Shown here piece by piece: positions 8,363 to 18,084 of a stretch of DNA of 64,000 bases (within the stretch, counting starts at the first letter, position 1; each line of letters begins with the position of its first letter). The DNA is taken from assembly GCA_964434255.1 (NCBI GenBank), contig CAYSUL010000001.1, positions 27,720-91,719 on the forward strand. The letters are read 5' to 3'. The notes beneath the pieces were generated by a model that saw only the letters and a program-made list of their open reading frames with translations, was not told where the DNA came from and did no database searches. The translations under genes were made by a program, and so were the position numbers. The DNA comes from an uncultured Candidatus Saccharibacteria bacterium (GTDB lineage: Bacteria; Patescibacteriota; Minisyncoccia; Phycocordibacterales; Phycocordibacteraceae).

Positions 8363-9223
8363 ATGGAACGCACGATAGTCCTCTACCACGGCAGCTGCCC
8401 CGACGGGTTCGGCGGAGCGTACGCCGCCTGGAAGAAGTTCGGCGACACCGCGGAATATATTCCCCTGCACCGCGATGCCCCGCCTGCCGATAGCTTCGCG
8501 GGCGCACATCTCTATTTCATAGACTTCACATATACGAAGGACATCATGGATGCGTTCGTGGCGACTGCGGGGAGCGTCACCGTGCTCGACCACCATGACG
8601 GAGTCCAGGATGTCGTTGAATCGATGCCTGAATACCGGTATACCAGCGATCACTCTGGCGCGACCATCGCGTGGGAGTATTTCCACCCAGACACGCCTAC
8701 CCCGCTCCTCCTCCAGTACGTCGAGGACGACGACCTCTTCCGCTTTGCGCTCGCCGAGACACGAGCCGTCCTCTGCTACCTCACCATCCAGCCATATACC
8801 TTCGAGAGCTGGGACCGCATCGTCACGGAGCTCGAAGACATTTCTACCCGAACCCACGTTCTCGCACGCGCGAATATCTATGCCGAGTATTTCGAGCATC
8901 TCGCCAACCTCTCGGTAGAGAAGGCCGACCTTGTGGAGTTCGAGGGGCACCAAGTCTATTTCGCGACCGCGCATCCGCTCAAGCCACTGAAGTCGCTTGT
9001 GGGCAATCTGCTGGCCAAAAAGCACGGACCGTTCGCGCTCGTGGTCTCCGCCCACCCCAAGGGATACGGTGTCTCCATACGCGGTGACGGCTCCATAGAC
9101 GTCGCAGCCATAGCGGAGAAGTATGGCGGCAACGGCCACACCTCGTCTGCAGGTTTCGCTATCCCTGCTGGTAGTCCGGTTCCGTGGACCAAAGTACCTA
9201 AAGATGAAGCTCCTCGCGATTGA
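8363..9223 (+). CDS. DHH/DHHA1-family phosphoesterase (NrnA-like nanoRNase / pAp phosphatase)
   Basis: HGSCPDGFG, DHH (LDHHDG) and GGGH-type (GGNGHTSSAGF) motifs. Confidence 0.8.
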   Translation: MERTIVLYHGSCPDGFGGAYAAWKKFGDTAEYIPLHRDAPPADSFAGAHLYFIDFTYTKDIMDAFVATAGSVTVLDHHDGVQDVVESMPEYRYTSDHSGATIAWEYFHPDTPTPLLLQYVEDDDLFRFALAETRAVLCYLTIQPYTFESWDRIVTELEDISTRTHVLARANIYAEYFEHLANLSVEKADLVEFEGHQVYFATAHPLKPLKSLVGNLLAKKHGPFALVVSAHPKGYGVSIRGDGSIDVAAIAEKYGGNGHTSSAGFAIPAGSPVPWTKVPKDEAPRD

Positions 9224-10382
9224 GACTAGCTGCGACGAGACCGCAATTGCGATACTCGAGTGCGAGGGCGATGAGACTGGCGCGCGCTTCAAGGTGCTCG
9301 GCAATGCGCTCCTGTCGCAGATAGATATACATAAGGAATATGGCGGGGTGTTCCCCGCTCTCGCTAAGCGCGAGCATGCGAAGAATCTCGTTCCTATACT
9401 TTCCTCCGCGCTCGAGGAGGCCGAACTGCTACATGAGGACAAGCAGGCTATACCGAGCGAGCTGCGTGAGAAGCTGGCGGTCCTCCTTGAACGAGAGCCT
9501 GGACTCGGCGAGGCGCTTCTCGCCTTCCTCGATGAATGCGAGATACCGGACATCGATGCGATAGCAGTAACGCATGGCCCGGGCCTCGCCCCTGCGCTTT
9601 GGGTAGGCGTGAACTTCGCGAAGGCGCTCGCGCTCGCGTGGGACAAGCCGCTGGTTGGCGTGAACCATATGGAGGGCCATCTCCTTTCCGCGCTCGCACG
9701 AAGCGATGATGGTGCGCTTTCCATAGATAACGTTTCCCTTCCGGTCGTCGGCCTCCTTATATCGGGCGGGCACACGCAGATTGTTGCTATGAAAGAATGG
9801 TTTGCGTACGAGATAGTCGGCGACACACGCGATGACGCGGTGGGTGAGGCCTTCGATAAGGTGGCACGCATGCTCGACCTTCCATATCCCGGCGGTCCAC
9901 AGATATCGAAGCTCGCAGAAGAAGCGCGCACGAATAACGGAGCGAAGCACTCTGTTCCCTTCCCGCGCCCGATGATGAACGATGATACGTGCGACTTCTC
10001 GTTCTCCGGCCTCAAGACCGCAGTTATGTATCAGCTCAAGAAGATAGCAGGTATCACGGACGAACAGAAGCAAGCCATGGCACGTGAGTTCGAGGACGCG
10101 GTGGCGGACGTACTCTGGAGCAAGACGTCGCGCGCGCTCGTGGAGACCGCCGCACGGACGCTCGTCATAGGAGGAGGGGTGTCAGGGAACGTGCACATAA
10201 AGCGGGTGTTCGAGGAGCGGGTGCAGGAAGAACATCCTGAAGTGACGCTCCGCATCCCTCCGAGGGAGCTCACAACCGACAACGCCATCATGATAGGTAT
10301 GGCGGGATATTTCCGGTACCAGAGCGGGTCACGCGCGGACATAGGGACGCTCGAGGCCGATGGCAACCTGTCGCTCGCCTAG
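9204..10382 (+). CDS. tsaD: tRNA N6-adenosine threonylcarbamoyltransferase TsaD
   Basis: MKLLAIETSCDETAIAI... Kae1/TsaD family. Start chosen at the internal ATG. Confidence 0.9.
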   Translation: MKLLAIETSCDETAIAILECEGDETGARFKVLGNALLSQIDIHKEYGGVFPALAKREHAKNLVPILSSALEEAELLHEDKQAIPSELREKLAVLLEREPGLGEALLAFLDECEIPDIDAIAVTHGPGLAPALWVGVNFAKALALAWDKPLVGVNHMEGHLLSALARSDDGALSIDNVSLPVVGLLISGGHTQIVAMKEWFAYEIVGDTRDDAVGEAFDKVARMLDLPYPGGPQISKLAEEARTNNGAKHSVPFPRPMMNDDTCDFSFSGLKTAVMYQLKKIAGITDEQKQAMAREFEDAVADVLWSKTSRALVETAARTLVIGGGVSGNVHIKRVFEERVQEEHPEVTLRIPPRELTTDNAIMIGMAGYFRYQSGSRADIGTLEADGNLSLA

Positions 10383-10433
10383 AGGGTACTCGGGCGAGAA
10401 ATTACGCCACGTTTCTGTTATAGTCGGGTAATA

Positions 10434-12569
10434 ATGCACGAGAAATTCCTCAAGCCATACGATTCTAAGGCCACCGAGCCCGGCATCTATGCGATGTGGG
10501 AGGAGAGCGGGTACTTCAACCCGGACAACCTGCCTGCCGAGCTCCTCGCGCAGATGGATGGCAAGCCATATACCGTCGTCATGCCGCCCCCGAACGCGAA
10601 CGGTGACCTCCATGCAGGTCACGCGCTCGGCGTTACGCTCCAGGACATATTCACCCGCATGAAGCGTATGCAAGGGTATCGCGCGCTTTGGATACCGGGC
10701 GCTGACCACGCAGGCTTCGAGACTCAAGTGGTATACGAGAAGAAGCTCGAGAAGGAAGGGCGTTCGCGCTTCGGCATGGACCCGAAGGAGCTCTATGCGG
10801 AGATACTCGCCTTCACGCTCGCGAACAAAGCGACGATGCAGAACCAGGTGCGTGCGCTCGGCGCATCCTGCGACTGGTCGCGCGAGAAGTTCACCCTCGA
10901 CCCTGAACTCGTCACGAAGGTGCAGAAGACCTTCGTGAAAATGTTCGAGGATGGTCTCGTGTACCGCGGTGCTCGCACCGTGAACTGGTGCCCGAAGCAC
11001 CAGACCTCCCTTTCTGACATCGAGACCGATTCGGTCGAGGAGACCAGCCCGTTCTATACCTTTAAATACGGTCCTTTCGATATCGGTACGGTGCGCCCCG
11101 AGACCAAGTTCGGCGACAAGTATGTGGTCATGCATCCGGACGATGCGAGGTACAAGGAGTACAAGCACGGCGACACGTTCGAGCTCGAATGGATCAATGG
11201 CCCCATCACGGCGACCGTCATCAAGGACAACGCCATCGACATGGAGTTCGGCACGGGCGTGATGACCATCACCCCCTGGCACTCGCAGGTGGACTTCGAG
11301 ATAGCGAAGAGGCACGGCCTCGATATGGAGCAGATAATCGATTGGCGCGGCAAGCTCCTCCCTGTCGCGGGCGAGTTCGAGGGCATGAAGATAACGGAGG
11401 CGAGGGAAAAGATAGTCGAGAAGCTCAAAGAGAAGGGCCTGCTCGTCTCGGTAGATGATTCCTATAAGAACGTCGTCAAGAAATGCTACAAGTGCCAAGC
11501 GATGATAGAGCCACAGGTGAAGGACCAGTGGTTCGTGAAGATGGCGCCGCTCGCGAACATGGCCATCACCGCAGTGAATAGGGGCGATGTGCACTTCTTC
11601 CCTGAGCACGAAGAGAAGATCTTCCGTCACTGGATGGAGAACACGCTCGACTGGAACATCAGCCGCCAGATAGTCTGGGGTATCCCAATACCGGCGTGGT
11701 TCAAGGACGGGGAGTCGGTCGCGTCAGTCGAAAGCCCCGGAGAAGGATGGGAACAGGACAGCGACACCTTCGATACTTGGTTCTCCTCGGGCCAGTGGCC
11801 GCTCCTCACCACCGGATACCCAGATGGGGATGATTTCCCTACCTACTACCCCACCGCCGTCATGGAGACGGGCCGCGACATCATCTTCTTCTGGGTCGCC
11901 CGCATGATCATCTTCGGCCTCTATCTTACGGACCAAGTACCGTTCCCTACCGTCTACCTCCACGGGCTCGTGAACGATGCGAACGGGAAGAAGATGAGCA
12001 AGTCGAAGGGCAATGTCATCAATCCGCTGACGCTTACCGATAAGTACGGCACCGACGCGCTCCGCATGGCGCTCGTGGTGGGTAACACGCCAGGCACCGA
12101 CCTTGCGCTTAGGGAGGACAAAGTGAAGGGGTGCAAGCACTTCGCTAATAAGCTCTGGAACATCGCGCGCTTCATTCTCGAGAATACGCAGGATGCAGAT
12201 TTGAATGCGGCCCGCACCGAAGCCGACGAAGCACTGATCGCGGAGCTCGCAGCGCTTGCGGACGATGTGACGCTCGACCTAGAGAACTATCGCGTGCACC
12301 TCGCCGCCGAGAAGCTCTACCATTACGCATGGCATCGCCTCGCCGACGAGATACTCGAAGAGTCGAAACCGCTCGTGTTCGGGGAGGATATGCAGCTCGC
12401 AGCCTCGAGGAAGGCCACGCTCCGCTCCCTGCTTACCACTCTCCTTCCGCTCCTTCACCCGATGATGCCGTTCGTAACGGAGGAGATATGGCAGAATGTA
12501 CCGGAGAGTACCGGGTACCTCATGACCACTCCGTGGCCTTCTAAGAATTCTTCGCATGCCAACACTTGA
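10434..12569 (+). CDS. valS: valine--tRNA ligase (short form, 711 aa)
   Basis: HIGH (PPPNANGDLHAGHA) and KMSKS motifs. No C-terminal coiled-coil extension. Confidence 0.95.
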   Translation: MHEKFLKPYDSKATEPGIYAMWEESGYFNPDNLPAELLAQMDGKPYTVVMPPPNANGDLHAGHALGVTLQDIFTRMKRMQGYRALWIPGADHAGFETQVVYEKKLEKEGRSRFGMDPKELYAEILAFTLANKATMQNQVRALGASCDWSREKFTLDPELVTKVQKTFVKMFEDGLVYRGARTVNWCPKHQTSLSDIETDSVEETSPFYTFKYGPFDIGTVRPETKFGDKYVVMHPDDARYKEYKHGDTFELEWINGPITATVIKDNAIDMEFGTGVMTITPWHSQVDFEIAKRHGLDMEQIIDWRGKLLPVAGEFEGMKITEAREKIVEKLKEKGLLVSVDDSYKNVVKKCYKCQAMIEPQVKDQWFVKMAPLANMAITAVNRGDVHFFPEHEEKIFRHWMENTLDWNISRQIVWGIPIPAWFKDGESVASVESPGEGWEQDSDTFDTWFSSGQWPLLTTGYPDGDDFPTYYPTAVMETGRDIIFFWVARMIIFGLYLTDQVPFPTVYLHGLVNDANGKKMSKSKGNVINPLTLTDKYGTDALRMALVVGNTPGTDLALREDKVKGCKHFANKLWNIARFILENTQDADLNAARTEADEALIAELAALADDVTLDLENYRVHLAAEKLYHYAWHRLADEILEESKPLVFGEDMQLAASRKATLRSLLTTLLPLLHPMMPFVTEEIWQNVPESTGYLMTTPWPSKNSSHANT

Positions 12570-13314
12570 GATAGCGCTCTACGCGTTCCTCGGCGGAATA
12601 CTTCCCGCTGTCTTGTGGCTCCATTTCCTCCTTAAGGAGGATGCACGCTGCCCTGAGCCGCGTCCGCTCATCATCTTCGCTATGTTCGCCGGCATGCTTG
12701 CGGTCCCTATCGTGCTTCCGCTCGAGCATTACGCGCGTGCGGTGCTTCCGACCCTCTCTTCCATCGGGCCCCTGTTCGATCGCTTTGCCCTCAACACTTC
12801 CATCGAGCTTCCGGTCATCATCGCGTGGGCGACTATCGAAGAGACGGTGAAATTCGTGCTCGCGGCGCTTCTCATCCTCTGGCGCAAGCAAGTGGATGAG
12901 CCTATCGACCTCATCATCTATATGATATGCGTCGCGCTTGGGTTCGCGGCGCTCGAGAACGCGCTCTTCCTCGTGGCACCGCTCGCGAACGGCGACGTGA
13001 TGCAGACCGTGCTCGCGAACAACCTCCGCTTCGTCGGCGCCACCTTGCTGCACGTCATAGCGTCCTCAACGGTCGGGTTCGCGATGGCGCTCGCGTACAG
13101 GAAGCGCCGGCATGTGCGCCCGCTCGCAGTTGCGCTCGGACTTATCCTTGCTATCGCATTGCATGCCATTTTCAATTTCCTTATAATCAGGGAGACCGCT
13201 TCTCACACCCTTCTCGCCTTCTTGCTGGTGTGGCTCGGCGCTGTGGTCGGATTCGGACTTTTCGAAATACTCCGTTACTCACGCTACAAACGCTTACCAA
13301 AAAATACCTGCTAA
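12556..13314 (+). CDS. PrsW-family intramembrane metalloprotease
   Basis: Polytopic. EETVKF and GFAALEN motifs plus a conserved His region. Confidence 0.7.
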   Translation: MPTLEIALYAFLGGILPAVLWLHFLLKEDARCPEPRPLIIFAMFAGMLAVPIVLPLEHYARAVLPTLSSIGPLFDRFALNTSIELPVIIAWATIEETVKFVLAALLILWRKQVDEPIDLIIYMICVALGFAALENALFLVAPLANGDVMQTVLANNLRFVGATLLHVIASSTVGFAMALAYRKRRHVRPLAVALGLILAIALHAIFNFLIIRETASHTLLAFLLVWLGAVVGFGLFEILRYSRYKRLPKNTC

Positions 13315-13318
13315 TCGT

Positions 13319-13813
13319 ATGAAAAAACGCTCCATCTTCGATCGTCTCGCGGGCACGGTCCCGCTCGACGATTACGATTACGACGATGATGTCCCGGTGC
13401 GCGCACCAGCGCGTTCCATGCAGTCGTCCGCACGCCAGGCAGCGCCTGCGCCCGTGCCGCAGCCTATCGTCGAGGAAGAGAGCGAAGGCCAGCTTCCCGT
13501 CGACGTATATCACACACTGAACGAGATAGTCATCCGCACCTTCGTCGCGGGTGTGCGCCCCGACGACCTCAACGTTTCCATAAGCCGCGACATGGTCGTG
13601 GTCGAGGGGTCCCGCGATGAACGCGACCAGCTCGCCGAGTCCGACTACTTCACCCGTGAGCTCTTCTGGGGCTCGTTCTCCCGCACCATCCTCCTCCCGC
13701 AGGAGATAGATGTGGATATGGCGTCCGCAGGCGCGAAGGACGGGCTTCTCACCATCATCCTTCCGAAGCTGGATAAGACGCGCCAGACGAAACTGAAGGT
13801 TAAGACGACCTAA
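13319..13813 (+). CDS. Hsp20 / alpha-crystallin small heat-shock protein
   Basis: Alpha-crystallin domain pattern (VDVYHT, FSRTILLP, DGLLTIILPK). Confidence 0.85.
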   Translation: MKKRSIFDRLAGTVPLDDYDYDDDVPVRAPARSMQSSARQAAPAPVPQPIVEEESEGQLPVDVYHTLNEIVIRTFVAGVRPDDLNVSISRDMVVVEGSRDERDQLAESDYFTRELFWGSFSRTILLPQEIDVDMASAGAKDGLLTIILPKLDKTRQTKLKVKTT

Positions 13814-13822
13814 CAGCAGAAC

Positions 13823-13844
13823 AAAACCGCCTCGGGCGGTTTTT
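13823..13844. terminator. bidirectional terminator aaaaccgcc-tcg-ggcggtttt
   Basis: Perfect stem flanked by an A-run and a T-run, between convergent genes. Confidence 0.8.
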
Positions 13845-13847
13845 GCT

Positions 13848-14948
13848 TTATCGTATCTCTTCGTGAAGTGGTGGAGGTGATGAGACGCGTTCCACCGTGA
13901 ACGGTATACGCCCTATGGTCTGGCCCTGGAGTGTCTCCACCGATACACGCCACTTCCCGGGAGTCAGGTTCTCCTTCAGGGAATACCCTCGGTATCCTTC
14001 CGCACGACCGCCCGATATCGGGAATGTTATGTGCCCCTCATCCACCCATTTCTTCGCCTTAGCGTCATATCGCTCCCAATGGTGCACGACCGAAGTCGAG
14101 AAGCGTATGGGGGCGAATACGGCTCCGTAGGCGTATGCGGTACTGCCAGCCGTGAGATGCACGGTGATGGGGCGGATATCCCACCAGGGCGGCACTTCTT
14201 CTGCCTGCAGCACGTAGTTCATACCGCTTCTGGCGAGGCCGTGATAGATACCGCCTTCTTTGAGCGTGAGCGGAATGGGTGGCACGACGCCGGTGGCGTA
14301 CGCGCCCGATACCACGAGTACGATTCCTGCTGCAGACATGACCACCGGACGAATGCTCTCGGAAAGTCGCGTTGCTCCTGTTCGCCACAGGAGGTATAGA
14401 AATCCTGCGAACAACGCTACTGCAGCGAGCGTGCTGCCCACGAACGTCCACGGCCCGATGATGTGCAGATAGATAGGAAGCGCGAAGATGGCGTACGCAT
14501 AGAGCGCGAAGAAGAAGAGCACGGTCTGGAAGATAAGATGCTCCCTATACTTACGGAAATACTCGTTCCCTATGAACACGAGCGCGAGTAGGATGATGAA
14601 CGGCCAGGATACGGAAAGCACCGCGCTCTTCGTATAGAAGATGAGGCAGCCCGAGAGGATACCGCCGATGGCGTACTGCCCGCCGAGCGAGAACAGGACG
14701 GCGAGCCCCTGTTCCCAAGGGGATTGTCCTTCGTGCCGTCGCGCGAACAGGACATGGCTTCCGAACGTACACACCGCAGCGAGGGTCAGGTACGCGATGA
14801 AGAAGAAGTTCACGAACGTAACGTCGAGGAGCGTGAACGTGAGGAGGTCGGTGACGAACCCGGCAACGAAAACGATGCCGCCTAAGTGCCGCTCGTTCTT
14901 CTGCGCCCACGCGAGGAGCCTACGCATGCTCCTATGATACTCCGTCAT
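13848..14948 (-). CDS. polytopic membrane protein with C-terminal extracytoplasmic domain (DUF2914-like)
   Basis: 366 aa. About eight TM helices, then a soluble C-terminal domain. Confidence 0.65.
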   Translation of the reverse strand: MTEYHRSMRRLLAWAQKNERHLGGIVFVAGFVTDLLTFTLLDVTFVNFFFIAYLTLAAVCTFGSHVLFARRHEGQSPWEQGLAVLFSLGGQYAIGGILSGCLIFYTKSAVLSVSWPFIILLALVFIGNEYFRKYREHLIFQTVLFFFALYAYAIFALPIYLHIIGPWTFVGSTLAAVALFAGFLYLLWRTGATRLSESIRPVVMSAAGIVLVVSGAYATGVVPPIPLTLKEGGIYHGLARSGMNYVLQAEEVPPWWDIRPITVHLTAGSTAYAYGAVFAPIRFSTSVVHHWERYDAKAKKWVDEGHITFPISGGRAEGYRGYSLKENLTPGKWRVSVETLQGQTIGRIPFTVERVSSPPPLHEEIR

Positions 14949-14960
14949 GGGAGCAATGTG

Positions 14961-15033
14961 TGCTTGGAGGCGGGCTCGAACCGCCGACCCCGCCCTCTTC
15001 AGGGGCGTGCTCTACCAACTGAGCTATCCAAGC
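14961..15033 (-). tRNA. tRNA-Phe (anticodon GAA)
   Basis: 73 nt. GCTTGGATAGCTCAGTTGGTAGAGC..., anticodon loop CTGAAGA. No CCA. Confidence 0.9.
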
Positions 15034-15073
15034 AGTGAGGCCATCCTAACACATCGCTAAGCCCTTTTCACCC

Positions 15074-15373
15074 TTAGGAACCCTCGTATATCGCCTTATA
15101 CTCGTCCATGAGCTTCTTGGCTTCGTCAGGCGAGGGAATGCCGAAAAGGCTCGTTGGAGCGGTGCTGGTGCCGTTCTGAATGCCTGCGAGGAGGGGTCCG
15201 AGATAGGTGGAGAGGAAGAAGAGTGGGACGCCAAGGAGAAGGAGATAGAGGACTATCTTCACCGCGAGGCTTATCGCCGCATCACGACGGATAAGTTTGA
15301 GGAGCTGGTTATTCTCCTTGGCCACCGCGAGATTCTCTTCGAGCAGCTTCTTCAGTTCTCCATCTTCATTCAT
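15074..15373 (-). CDS. hypothetical small membrane protein
   Basis: 99 aa. Central TM helix and coiled N-terminus. Confidence 0.5.
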   Translation of the reverse strand: MNEDGELKKLLEENLAVAKENNQLLKLIRRDAAISLAVKIVLYLLLLGVPLFFLSTYLGPLLAGIQNGTSTAPTSLFGIPSPDEAKKLMDEYKAIYEGS

Positions 15374-15391
15374 GGAGATATTCTAACATTG

Positions 15392-15463
15392 TGCTCTCGC
15401 CAGGAGTCGAACCTGGATTTAAGGTTTAGGAAACCTCCGTTCTATCCATTGAACTACGAGAGC
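15392..15463 (-). tRNA. tRNA-Arg (anticodon CCT)
   Basis: 72 nt. Anticodon loop TTCCTAA, T-arm CCAGGTTCGACTCCTGG. No CCA. Confidence 0.9.
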
Positions 15464-15481
15464 GTATTTGGAGACTAGCAC

Positions 15482-15513
15482 AAAACCCCGCGGCAGTTGA
15501 GCCGCGGGGTTTT
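15482..15513. terminator. bidirectional terminator aaaaccccgcggc-agttga-gccgcggggtttt
   Basis: Perfect 9-bp GC stem with A-run and T-run flanks. Confidence 0.8.
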
Positions 15514-15523
15514 GTGAAAAGGA

Positions 15524-15781
15524 CTAGGCAGCGGGTGCAGGTTCTCCGAGCCCGAGCGTCTCCATGAGGCGCTTCTTGTCGAAGCCGATTATCATCTCAT
15601 CGCCCACATAGATTACCGGCACGCCCATCTGGCCGCTCTTATCTATCATCTCCTGGCGCTTCTCCATGTCAGCGGCGACGTTGTACTCCGTATACGGAAT
15701 ATTGTTCTCCTTGAAGAACTCCTTGCTCATCTGGCAGAAGTGGCAGGTTGGGGTCGTATAAATAGTGACTTGCTTATCCAT
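15524..15781 (-). CDS. glutaredoxin-like protein (NrdH/YruB-like)
   Basis: 85 aa. Thioredoxin fold with CHFC active site near the N-terminus. Confidence 0.75.
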   Translation of the reverse strand: MDKQVTIYTTPTCHFCQMSKEFFKENNIPYTEYNVAADMEKRQEMIDKSGQMGVPVIYVGDEMIIGFDKKRLMETLGLGEPAPAA

Positions 15782-15833
15782 GATTGTTTCTTACTTGTGG
15801 GGGCATTATATCATTTCATGCCTGGGGACAATG

Positions 15834-15904
15834 TGCGGGTACGGGGAATCGGACCCCGATCTCAACCTTGGGAAGGTCGCGTCCTACCACTGAACGATAC
15901 CCGC
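15834..15904 (-). tRNA. tRNA-Gly (anticodon CCC)
   Basis: 71 nt. GCGGGTA acceptor, anticodon loop TTCCCAA, T-arm CGGGGTCCGATTCCCCG. No CCA. Confidence 0.85.
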
Positions 15905-15908
15905 GTGT

Positions 15909-16271
15909 CTACCAAATACCGAACCAGCCGAGGAACTTCTTGTGCCAGGGCAGCTCTACCTTCTCCGTCTCCTCTTCCGGAGGTACGACGATGATAACCT
16001 CTTCACCGGGCTTGGCAACGCCATACGTCTGGCGGAGCGTCGCTTCCTGCCCCCTGTCGGTCGAGAGCTCGGCCATATTAGCCGAGAGCGCCGCCTCACG
16101 GCCCTTGAGCGCCGCGAGCTCGGCCTTGGTCTCGGCCACGGCTTTTCGGGCTATCTCCTCCTTGCGGGCGATACCGAACACGAGCCAGCTGAACCAGAGG
16201 ATGGCGAGCGCGAGCACTATGGCGATCGCGTACTGCCCTGCCTGCTTCTTCCTGCTGGTTCTCCGCGCCAT
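15909..16271 (-). CDS. septum formation initiator (FtsB/DivIC-like) protein
   Basis: N-terminal TM helix then coiled coil. Adjacent to lepA and murJ. Confidence 0.65.
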   Translation of the reverse strand: MARRTSRKKQAGQYAIAIVLALAILWFSWLVFGIARKEEIARKAVAETKAELAALKGREAALSANMAELSTDRGQEATLRQTYGVAKPGEEVIIVVPPEEETEKVELPWHKKFLGWFGIW

Positions 16272-16290
16272 TCCTGGATTATACCAATCT

Positions 16291-18084
16291 CTACCGGTCC
16301 GAATCCTGCACCATCTTCATAAACACCTCCTGCGGTATTTCCATCTTCGCGTGCGCCCCTCGGCGCTTCTTTCCCTTCTTCTGCTTCTCAAGCAGCTTCA
16401 TCTTGCGGGTAATGTCGCCGCCATAGAGATATCCCGTAACGTCCTTGCGGAGCGCGGAAATGCTGCGGGACGCTACGATGCGACCGAGCGCATGCGCCTG
16501 GATTTTCAGCACGAACATCTGGCGCGGCAGTATGTCGTGCAGCTTCTCCACCATACGTTCGCCTTCCTCGACGACGCGGCGGCGGCTCACGACGCGGGCG
16601 AATGCCGGGACCGGCTCCTCAGCGACGAATATCTCGAGCTTCACCACGTCTGCAGGGCGCTCATCAAGGAATTCGTATGAAAGCGAGGCATAGCCCGAAG
16701 AAGCGTTCTTCACCTTGTCGAAGAACCCGCGCATGAGCTCGCGGAGCGGCATCTCGACGGTAAGCTCGATACGGCCATCGAGATGCGTCTCGGTCTCGAG
16801 TACGTTCCCCTCGTGGTCATGGAAAAGCTGGATCATGTTCGAAAGCGAATCCGCAGGCGTGATGAGCGTTACTTTCACCCACGGCTCCTCGATGGACTCG
16901 GTGTCGCCGAACGCCGGGAACTTGGCCGGCGTGTATACCGTCTCCCGTTTCCCTCTCTTATCCGTCACCATGTACGCGATGGTCGGGATGGTGACGATGA
17001 GCTCGAGGTCGAACTCACGCTTCAGGCGCTCCACGATTATCTCCAGGTGGAGCATACCGAGGAAGCCGCAACGGAAGCCGCGACCGAGCACCCCGGACGA
17101 CTCCTCCTCGAACGTGAGCGAGGAATCAGAGAGACGAAGTCGCTCGAGCGATTGCCTGAGCTCCGTGAGGTCGTCCTGGCTTTCAGGATAGATGGAGGCC
17201 CAGACGACCGGGCGTGGGCGCTCGAAGCCTTCGAGGCCCACGGTGCTTCCTGCGTTTGCGATGACCGTATCTCCCACATTCACGACGCCCGCCTCCTTCA
17301 CGCCCGTCACGATGTATCCTATCTCGCCTGCCGACAGGCTCTCGGTCGCAAGTTCGTCCGGCATGAATATACCGGTCTCGAGCACCGTGAAGCGCTCGCC
17401 TGCTGCCGCGAACCGGAGGACATCACCCTTCTTGAAGGTCCCATCGAATACGCGGGCGAACACGGTGATACCGCGATGAGTTGAGTACGAGAAATCGAAG
17501 ATGAGGGCGCGGGGGCCGCCTGCGCTTGGCCTTGGAGCTGGCACGCGAGCAACTATCGCCTCAAGTAAGTCCTCGACACCTTCGCCAGTGCGCCCCGAGA
17601 CTGCAAGAATAGTGTCGGTCTCGATACCGAGCAGGTCCGCGAGCTCGAGCGACACATCATCGACGCGTGCCGCAGGCGAGTCTATCTTCGAGAGCACCGG
17701 AATGATGACGCAGCCAGTTGCTTTGGCCATGCCGAGCGTGGTCAAGGTCTGGGCCTGGATGCCCTGGGTCGAGTCCACGAGCAGGATGACTCCTTCGACC
17801 GCGGAGAGGGCACGCGAGACCTCGTACGCGAAGTCGATGTGGCCCGGGGTGTCGATGAGGTTGAGCACGTATTCCTCTCCGTCCTTCGCGTTGTATTTCA
17901 TGCGCGCCGGCTGCATCTTGATGGTGATACCGCGCTCGCGCTCGAGGTCCATCTTGTCCAGCACCTGGTCACGCATCTTCCGCGCCTCTATCGTTCCGGT
18001 ACGCTCAAGAAGCCGATCCGCAAGGGTCGACTTCCCATGATCAATGTGGGCAATGATACTGAAATTACGAATCCGTTCGGTCAT
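16291..18084 (-). CDS. lepA: elongation factor 4 (LepA)
   Basis: G-domain NFSIIAHIDHGKST, DTPGH, and the LepA C-terminal domain. Start taken at internal ATG MTERIRNF. Confidence 0.95.
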   Translation of the reverse strand: MTERIRNFSIIAHIDHGKSTLADRLLERTGTIEARKMRDQVLDKMDLERERGITIKMQPARMKYNAKDGEEYVLNLIDTPGHIDFAYEVSRALSAVEGVILLVDSTQGIQAQTLTTLGMAKATGCVIIPVLSKIDSPAARVDDVSLELADLLGIETDTILAVSGRTGEGVEDLLEAIVARVPAPRPSAGGPRALIFDFSYSTHRGITVFARVFDGTFKKGDVLRFAAAGERFTVLETGIFMPDELATESLSAGEIGYIVTGVKEAGVVNVGDTVIANAGSTVGLEGFERPRPVVWASIYPESQDDLTELRQSLERLRLSDSSLTFEEESSGVLGRGFRCGFLGMLHLEIIVERLKREFDLELIVTIPTIAYMVTDKRGKRETVYTPAKFPAFGDTESIEEPWVKVTLITPADSLSNMIQLFHDHEGNVLETETHLDGRIELTVEMPLRELMRGFFDKVKNASSGYASLSYEFLDERPADVVKLEIFVAEEPVPAFARVVSRRRVVEEGERMVEKLHDILPRQMFVLKIQAHALGRIVASRSISALRKDVTGYLYGGDITRKMKLLEKQKKGKKRRGAHAKMEIPQEVFMKMVQDSDR

